A stretch of 64,000 nucleotides of DNA. It comes from an uncultured Bacteroidales bacterium (GTDB taxonomy: Bacteria > Bacteroidota > Bacteroidia > Bacteroidales > UBA4417). Positions 12,074-17,344 of the stretch are shown here, piece by piece (position 1 is the first letter of the stretch; each line of letters begins with the position of its first letter). The notes under the pieces are model-generated. The model worked only from the letters and a program-made list of their open reading frames with translations, searched no databases and was not told where the DNA came from. The DNA lies in the NCBI GenBank assembly GCA_903913645.1, contig CAIWMA010000393.1, positions 10,420 to 74,419 of the forward strand. Reading direction: 5' to 3'. Both the position numbers and the translations under genes were made by a program.

Positions 12074-12087
12074 AAAAAGAAAAAGGT

Positions 12088-12597
12088 CTAGTTGTAAGCA
12101 AATGTCAGGTTAAAAGCCCCGGAATATAATCCAACCGGATTATCAATCATTGATCCTACATTTAGAGTGGCACCCAAGTAAACAAACTGCTGTCCATTAG
12201 CTAGAATACCGGTTCCGTTTCCTGCCTGGGGATAAGAAACCCAATTGCTGACTAACATGGTTTTAGATGATTTTTGATGGACCAGCACTGCAGGGCCGCT
12301 AGGCAGTTGTATTGAAAAAGCTGCATCAGGCGCACCGGTAATATAAAAAATCCCTGAGTTAGCAATTCCCCCGCTCAATATTACCGATCCGCTTGTGGTA
12401 CGTATTCCGTCAGGAGTAACAATAACCTGTCCTCCCTGTACTTCTGGAGAAAACTTACCGAAGTTTAGCTGCGAGGTTTCAGTGGCTGTTAAGGCTGATA
12501 TTACTTCGGCAAATGCTTGGGCTGTAACACTTGCTTGGCTGTAGGCCTTAAATGAAAAAGAAACAATAACGAGTAATATGATTGAGTATCTGAACAT
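12088..12597 (-). CDS. DUF4402 / SCPU-like secreted fibre subunit, class 2 (divergent)
   Basis: 169 aa. Signal peptide MFRYSIILLVIVSFSFKAYSQ, then ASVTAQAFAEVISAL..QLNFGKF, ending GATLNVGSMIDNPVGLYSGAFNLTFAYN-COOH. It shares the LNFG motif, the GATLNV motif and the terminal YN with the class 1 subunits. Confidence 0.65.
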   Translation of the reverse strand: MFRYSIILLVIVSFSFKAYSQASVTAQAFAEVISALTATETSQLNFGKFSPEVQGGQVIVTPDGIRTTSGSVILSGGIANSGIFYITGAPDAAFSIQLPSGPAVLVHQKSSKTMLVSNWVSYPQAGNGTGILANGQQFVYLGATLNVGSMIDNPVGLYSGAFNLTFAYN

Positions 12598-12650
12598 AAA
12601 ACTAGTTTGTAATTAAAAGTATTGTAGTCAATAGTTAAAAAAGAGGATAT

Positions 12651-12682
12651 AAAAAGGGTGGAATGAACATTCATTCACACCC
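12651..12682 (-). terminator. Rho-independent terminator after subunit gene 12703..13215
   Basis: The minus strand reads GGGTGTGAATGAA-TGT-TCATTCCACCC followed by TTTTTATATCCTCTTTTTT. It begins about 20 nt after the stop. The stem sequence is related to the terminator at 10391-10424. Confidence 0.7.
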
Positions 12683-12702
12683 TTTAAAAACTTTATGTTG
12701 TA

Positions 12703-13215
12703 TTAGTTGTAATTAACAGTAACTTGGAAAGGTGTGGCGGAAACGTATGTGCCGGCAGCCTGGTTGGAAGCAATATTTAATGTTGCACCTACATCAATTG
12801 TTTGGGTTCCGGTCCCACTTAGTGTTCCGGTAGTACCAGGATTACTTGTAAATGCAGTAACAGTCATAGTATTAGCACCCGATGTAACCGTAGTTGCTGA
12901 GGATGGAAGTGTAATAGAATAGGTATAATTCGCAGTACCAGTTACAGCAAAATGAGCAGCTGTAACAGTTCCTGCAACAGCGGGAAGTGTAACGCCTCCG
13001 GTAATTGTCCGGGTACTGGCAGGAGCAAGGATAACAGTTCCTGCTGTAGCACTAACAGCAACATTACCGAAATTCATGTTACCTGAATTTGTAATTGTAA
13101 TAGGAGTGATGATAGTTCCTGTTGCGGTTGCAGTTGCAGAAACCTGTGCGAAAGAAGTAGTAGCGAATCCGAGAACTACTAAGGCAATTGCAATTAGTTT
13201 AGTGATGTTTTTCAT
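12703..13215 (-). CDS. DUF4402 / SCPU-like secreted fibre subunit, class 1 paralogue B
   Basis: The track ORF 12703..13299 starts at an ATG that is itself part of the ATGGCAC promoter-like box. The realistic start is ATG 13215 (MKNITKLIAIALVVLGFATTSFAQ signal peptide), giving 170 aa colinear with 10447..10959 and ending GATLNIASNQAAGTYVSATPFQVTVNYN-COOH. Confidence 0.7.
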   Translation of the reverse strand: MKNITKLIAIALVVLGFATTSFAQVSATATATGTIITPITITNSGNMNFGNVAVSATAGTVILAPASTRTITGGVTLPAVAGTVTAAHFAVTGTANYTYSITLPSSATTVTSGANTMTVTAFTSNPGTTGTLSGTGTQTIDVGATLNIASNQAAGTYVSATPFQVTVNYN

Positions 13216-13282
13216 TTGATTGAGTTTGTTTAAAGTTATTTTTGAGTTGGATTTAATTCGTTTTGAGCGACGAAAGGTAAAT

Positions 13283-13298
13283 TTCATAAACCGTGCCA
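13283..13298 (-). promoter_or_regulatory. candidate sigma-54 type (-24/-12) promoter: TGGCACGGTTTATGAA
   Basis: Identical 16-mer to 11028-11043, about 70 nt upstream of ATG 13215. It is followed by a conserved leader segment CGCTCAAAACGA(A/T)TTAAATCCAACT that is also present upstream of 10959. Confidence 0.5.
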
Positions 13299-13451
13299 TA
13301 ACTTATTAGATAACTTGGTTAAGAGGAGAAAATATTTGAAAATAAATTTATAAATACCATATAATCAATACAATAATGATTAATGAGAATGATTTACAAA
13401 ATAATAAATATAAAAACCTAAATATGTTTTTTTTGAAACAATGTTATCAAA

Positions 13452-13472
13452 TTGCGACAAGTTAAATCGCAA
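13452..13472. promoter_or_regulatory. candidate enhancer (UAS) palindrome TTGCGA-N9-TCGCAA
   Basis: Context AATGTTATCAaaTTGCGAcaagttaaaTCGCAAATTGAGAT. It starts 154 bp upstream of the TGGCAC box, against 153 bp in the paralogous unit. The DNA between the box and the palindrome is otherwise unalignable AT-rich sequence. Confidence 0.5.
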
Positions 13473-13619
13473 ATTGAGATGTATGTGGCCAGAAAATTGT
13501 TTTAGAAATAGAGTAATCGGTACAATTACCAGGAAAGCCTTTTTGGAATTACCGCACTGAAATTTATTGGCAGGAAATGTTGCTATATGAAATGAGAAAG
13601 GTATCTGAAAAGAAAAATA

Positions 13620-14048
13620 TTAATTGTATGCCAATACTATATTAATATTCCCTGCATACACTGACGAACTTTGATCCAGATTGCTATCACCAGGAAAGCA
13701 TTGCAGATTAATGGATTGAGATCCGTTTATTGCGTTGGTTTCAAATCCAAGGGCACTGTATGCCGAAGTTTCCATAGCAATTTGTTGATTAGTACTGCTT
13801 GTTAGCATTGCTCTGCCTAATATTAAAGAACACGAAGCTGATTCAGCACTTTTTATTTGAATTTGTCCAAAATTAATTCCTTCAGTTTGGTTACGTTGAA
13901 TTGTAAAAGTAGATTGTGAAGTTGAACTGGCACTAACTGATTCTACCACTTCAGCAAAAACGTGTCCCTGAACTGTTGTTTGGGCATATCCTGCTACTGA
14001 AGTAATCGTAAGAAGTATAAGGATTATATAAGACAAATACCGTTTCAT
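13620..14048 (-). CDS. DUF4402 / SCPU-like secreted subunit, class 2-like, short, two Cys
   Basis: 142 aa. Signal peptide MKRYLSYIILILLTITSVAGYAQ, then TTVQGHVFAEVVESV (compare AQAFAEVISAL in 12088..12597), GINFGQI, ending SSSVYAGNINIVLAYN-COOH. It is the only paralogue with cysteines (SASCSL, NLQCFP). Confidence 0.55.
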   Translation of the reverse strand: MKRYLSYIILILLTITSVAGYAQTTVQGHVFAEVVESVSASSTSQSTFTIQRNQTEGINFGQIQIKSAESASCSLILGRAMLTSSTNQQIAMETSAYSALGFETNAINGSQSINLQCFPGDSNLDQSSSVYAGNINIVLAYN

Positions 14049-14172
14049 GATGTAAGAAATATTTGCAAACTGTTTATTTTTTGTTCTGCTAAGTTAATGG
14101 AGCAGAAGAGCTTTGACAAATAATCTGAGTAATATATTTTTTATTGATGTTGAATATAATAAATATAAAATT

Positions 14173-14215
14173 AAAAAACACCTAGAAATCAACACATTAG
14201 AGCTGTCCTAGGTGT
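14173..14215 (-). terminator. possible terminator after the response-regulator gene
   Basis: The minus strand reads ACACCTAG-(22 nt loop)-CTAGGTGT followed by TTTTTTAATTTT. The 8-bp stem and large loop make it weak. Confidence 0.35.
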
Positions 14216-14349
14216 AAAATAATTATTTCAATAATGTAAATATAATTTACTCATGAAAAACTTTACCTGGTAAGATTATGATAAGAATATCTGTAAACCG
14301 GAGATTTTGTGAGTAAATTTTACTTGTATTTTATAAATTATGTCATTAA

Positions 14350-15699
14350 TTAGTTTGGCGTAATGCCGTATTTTTCGATTTTGGCGTTTAAGGTTGGCCT
14401 GGAGATACCCAATACACGTGATGCTTCCACTTTATTCCATTTAACCTGGGTTAATACCTGCTTGATATAAACTTTTTCAACTTCGTCCAGGGTAGTAAGT
14501 TCTGTAATCGATATCCCTGCCATGGTCTGGGAATTCTGCGGAATAGTAATATTGTCCTTTTCCAGAGAACTTCCTCTGCCAACTATCATTGCCTGTAAAA
14601 TTAAATTCTCAAGTTCCCTGATATTTCCCGGCCAGTCGTAGTTTTTAAGTTTCTCGAAAACCCCTTCACTAACCTGATTGATGTTTTTCTGAAGTTTGCG
14701 GTTGTATCGTTGGATGAAGAAATAGGTCAGCTCGTTGATATCGTCTTTACGCTTACGTAAAGGTGGAAGATCAATAGTAAATACTTTAAGCCTGTAATAA
14801 AATTCCTCACGAAAACGTCCATCTGCAATAAGTTGTTCCAGATTTTTGTTGGTGGATGCAATTATTCGAGCTTTGAGAGGCAGAAGTTCAGGGTTTCCTG
14901 GTTTTTCAAATTCCATATCCTGCAAGATTCTAAATAGTTTCACCTGGAAATTATCAGAAAGATTTGAGATTTCATCCAGGAAAATAGTGCCTTCCCCTAC
15001 AGTTTCAAATTTCCCTCTTTTGTTCTCCTTAGCGCCAGGAAATGCATCTTTCTCATAACCAAAAAGTTCCTTCTGAAGCATGTCGTCATTTAAGGATGAA
15101 CAATCAATAGTTACGAAAGGAAAATCGCGGGTAATACCGCTATGATGAATAAGTTTTGCTATCAATTCCTTACCTGTACCAGTTTCCCCGGTGATAAGCA
15201 CATTGATTCTGTTTAATGAAATACGCCCAATATTCTTGAAAATTTCCCTCATAATAGGAACTTTTCCTATCAGCGAGTTTTCTTCTATCATTTTACGTGT
15301 ATCACGGGTAAATGGTTGCGAAACACTGAGGTTTTGTTCACTTATTTCAAGCGTTCGTTTTATAACTTCAATTAATTCTTTTGAATGGATTGGCTTTTCA
15401 ATAAAGTCGACTGCTCCAAGTTGTATCGCTTTAATGGTAAGTGCGACATCACCGTGACCTGTTAAGATAATTATAGGAAGTAATGGCTGATTTTGTTTTA
15501 TAATACTCAGTACTTCGATTCCCGACATTCCCGGCATCATATAGTCGGTAAGCACAAGATCAACCTGAGATGTTGCCAGCAATGTGATGCCTTCTTCTCC
15601 ACTGGTAACTGTAAAAACACGATAGCCTGCCTTGGTGAGTGTTTGCTTCAGTATCATTAGGATCATATTGTCATCATCAATGACTAATATTGTTTTCAT
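14350..15699 (-). CDS. NtrC-family response regulator (REC + sigma-54-interaction AAA+ + Fis-type HTH) with variant L1 loop
   Basis: 449 aa. REC domain (VIDDD, DLVLTDYMMPGMSG, EKP). AAA+ domain with Walker A GETGTGKE, Walker B GTIFLDEI, RFREEFYYRL and PPLRKRKDDI. C-terminal HTH NKVEASRVLGISRPTLNAKIEKYGI. The GAFTGA signature reads ELFGYEKDAFPGA. No histidine kinase gene is adjacent. Confidence 0.85.
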   Translation of the reverse strand: MKTILVIDDDNMILMILKQTLTKAGYRVFTVTSGEEGITLLATSQVDLVLTDYMMPGMSGIEVLSIIKQNQPLLPIIILTGHGDVALTIKAIQLGAVDFIEKPIHSKELIEVIKRTLEISEQNLSVSQPFTRDTRKMIEENSLIGKVPIMREIFKNIGRISLNRINVLITGETGTGKELIAKLIHHSGITRDFPFVTIDCSSLNDDMLQKELFGYEKDAFPGAKENKRGKFETVGEGTIFLDEISNLSDNFQVKLFRILQDMEFEKPGNPELLPLKARIIASTNKNLEQLIADGRFREEFYYRLKVFTIDLPPLRKRKDDINELTYFFIQRYNRKLQKNINQVSEGVFEKLKNYDWPGNIRELENLILQAMIVGRGSSLEKDNITIPQNSQTMAGISITELTTLDEVEKVYIKQVLTQVKWNKVEASRVLGISRPTLNAKIEKYGITPN

Positions 15700-15761
15700 A
15701 GGTATAATATAAGGTTAATTTACTGTTTTGGAAATACTTTCATTTGAAATGCGGTGATAAA

Positions 15762-15795
15762 TTTACAAAATGTTCTTTACCTTTTACAAAATGTT
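15762..15795. repeat. 13-bp direct repeat TTTACAAAATGTT x2, 21-bp phasing, upstream of the regulator gene
   Basis: Copies at 15762-15774 and 15783-15795, 63-96 bp upstream of ATG 15699. The AAATGTT core recurs next to the UAS palindromes (AATGTTATC at 11185, 11431 and 13440). Confidence 0.5.
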
Positions 15796-15919
15796 GTAAA
15801 AATATATTACTATTTTAATTAAATTGAACATATCGATTCAGGCAGGAATACGGTTATTGTAAAATCTAGTATATGTTAACTGAATTAGAAAATATATAGT
15901 TATCCGACTTTTGCACAAA

Positions 15920-16516
15920 TTAATACGTTGCCATCAGAAATCCACCCGTCAAAATAGTTAAAAGAATAACAAATCCGGATCCCATGGCAAATCCGCCCCA
16001 AACCTTCTTCTTTTTGATAGCATGAGCAGTTTTTGTATAGCCGTCATAATAACTCAGGTTTTCCATTAGTTTCGGGTCCTTGTATCCCAGGTTTTTCATT
16101 GAATTGGCTGGATGGGTAGCGGAACAAGCAATAGCAGGAATCACTCCAAACGGGAAATACAAACTGGCGATCATTGTTCCGATTGCTGCAGGTTTATAAC
16201 CTTTATAATTAATTTTGGCATCATTAACGCCCAGGGTATACAGACTGTCAGTCCCTTGCCTGCTATCAGCTACAGGTATTTCATTTTCAGATAGATATAT
16301 AACAATTCCACTATGATATTTAAGGCTTGTAATGTCTTGACGTAAAAGAGATGTGGTATCAAAACTATTTTCAGCAATAAAAGTAATATCATTTGGATTA
16401 AACTGAATAATCCGGACTTTCATTTCCCCGCCCGATTTAAGAGTAATTACATCCTGAGCTGAAACAATACAAATTCCGGCGAAAGCCAGAAATAAAAACA
16501 CAAATATTCTCATCAT
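15920..16516 (-). CDS. hypothetical membrane-associated protein
   Basis: The track ORF starts at a TTG (16540); the first ATG is at 16516 (MMRIFVFLFLAFAGICIVSAQD signal peptide). It has a hydrophobic C-terminal segment and no family I recognise. Confidence 0.5.
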   Translation of the reverse strand: MMRIFVFLFLAFAGICIVSAQDVITLKSGGEMKVRIIQFNPNDITFIAENSFDTTSLLRQDITSLKYHSGIVIYLSENEIPVADSRQGTDSLYTLGVNDAKINYKGYKPAAIGTMIASLYFPFGVIPAIACSATHPANSMKNLGYKDPKLMENLSYYDGYTKTAHAIKKKKVWGGFAMGSGFVILLTILTGGFLMATY

Positions 16517-16716
16517 TATAAGTTCCGTAATTGAGTTCAAATTTAACTAAAAATAGACTTTGATATTGACGGGTTTTATTTTCTTTTATTTAATTCTATT
16601 ACTCACTTGTTTAGCGTACTTTTGCCATTGATATCCATGCATGTCAAATAATAGATCAGGGTATAACAATTCATGCGATTCGGTTGGTATTCAGTTAAAT
16701 AACTTAAAACAAAATT

Positions 16717-17169
16717 ATGGCAAGAGCACGTGAAACTTTTGGAAAAAGGGAAAATCGCACTAAACAAGAGAAAAAAAGGAAAGAAAAAGAAGCAAAGAGG
16801 CTTGACAAGAAAGATGGCAGGGATGGCAATAACCTGGATGAAATGATTGCCTATGTTGATGAATATGGAAGAATATCCTCCACACCTCCCGATTTAACCA
16901 AAAGAGTAGCGATCAAAGCCGAAGACATACAAATTGGAGTTCCCAAATATGTTGAGCCTGGTGCAGGCGAAGTGATCCGGACCGGCATAGTAGCTTTTTT
17001 CAACGATTCGAAGGGTTACGGTTTTATTAATGATACATTATCAGGTAAAAGTGTTTTTGTTCATATTAATGGGCTTGAAGAGCCAATCAAGGAAAACAAT
17101 AAGGTTACATTTGAAGTTGTTGATGGTCCCAAAGGGCCTAATGCTGTAAATGTTAAACTGGTTAAATAA
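16717..17169 (+). CDS. cold-shock-domain protein with long K/E/R-rich N-terminal extension
   Basis: The C-terminal GIVAFFNDSKGYGFINDTLSGKSVFVHINGL..VTFEVVDGPKGPNAVNV matches the CspA-type cold-shock domain (RNP1-like KGYGFI, RNP2-like VFVH). The N-terminal ~85 aa are highly charged. Confidence 0.8.
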   Translation: MARARETFGKRENRTKQEKKRKEKEAKRLDKKDGRDGNNLDEMIAYVDEYGRISSTPPDLTKRVAIKAEDIQIGVPKYVEPGAGEVIRTGIVAFFNDSKGYGFINDTLSGKSVFVHINGLEEPIKENNKVTFEVVDGPKGPNAVNVKLVK

Positions 17170-17197
17170 CAATTTCATCTTTCGGTTAATTCATAAA

Positions 17198-17229
17198 CTG
17201 CCAGCCATTCATTTGGATCTGGCAGTTTT
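17198..17229 (+). terminator. Rho-independent terminator after the csp-like gene
   Basis: CTGCCAG-(14 nt)-CTGGCAG followed by TTTT. Confidence 0.7.
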
Positions 17230-17344
17230 GACGTTCAGAATAAATACTGTGTTTACAATAAAAAAATTTCCGGAACCTTATCTGATTATTTACTAGTTTT
17301 ATCCTTTCAATTAATTCTATTGCCGACTTACTGGTTATTTCCCA

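Noticed and set aside
10960-12087. Idea that the long AT-rich gap is an invertible (phase-variable) promoter as in Bacteroides fimbrial/capsule loci.
   Set aside because: I found no pair of long inverted repeats flanking a segment, and no site-specific recombinase gene anywhere in the window.
9244-13299. Plus-strand ORFs 9244-9597, 10673-10891 and 12734-12922, minus ORF 9862-10080, and the N-terminal extension of track ORF 12703..13299.
   Set aside because: These are antisense or overlapping shadows of the chaperone and subunit genes. The 13299 start codon is the ATG inside the ATGGCAC promoter-like box. The extension (MARFMKFTFRRSKRIK...) precedes a perfect signal peptide that starts at 13215.
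13567-13584. Plus-strand TTGGCAGGAAATGTTGCT, superficially a sigma-54 -24/-12 promoter.
   Set aside because: The GG-to-GC spacing is one nt too long and C6 is replaced by G. It also points into the 3' end of the minus-strand gene 13620-14048, so it would only drive antisense transcription. No second copy or enhancer accompanies it.
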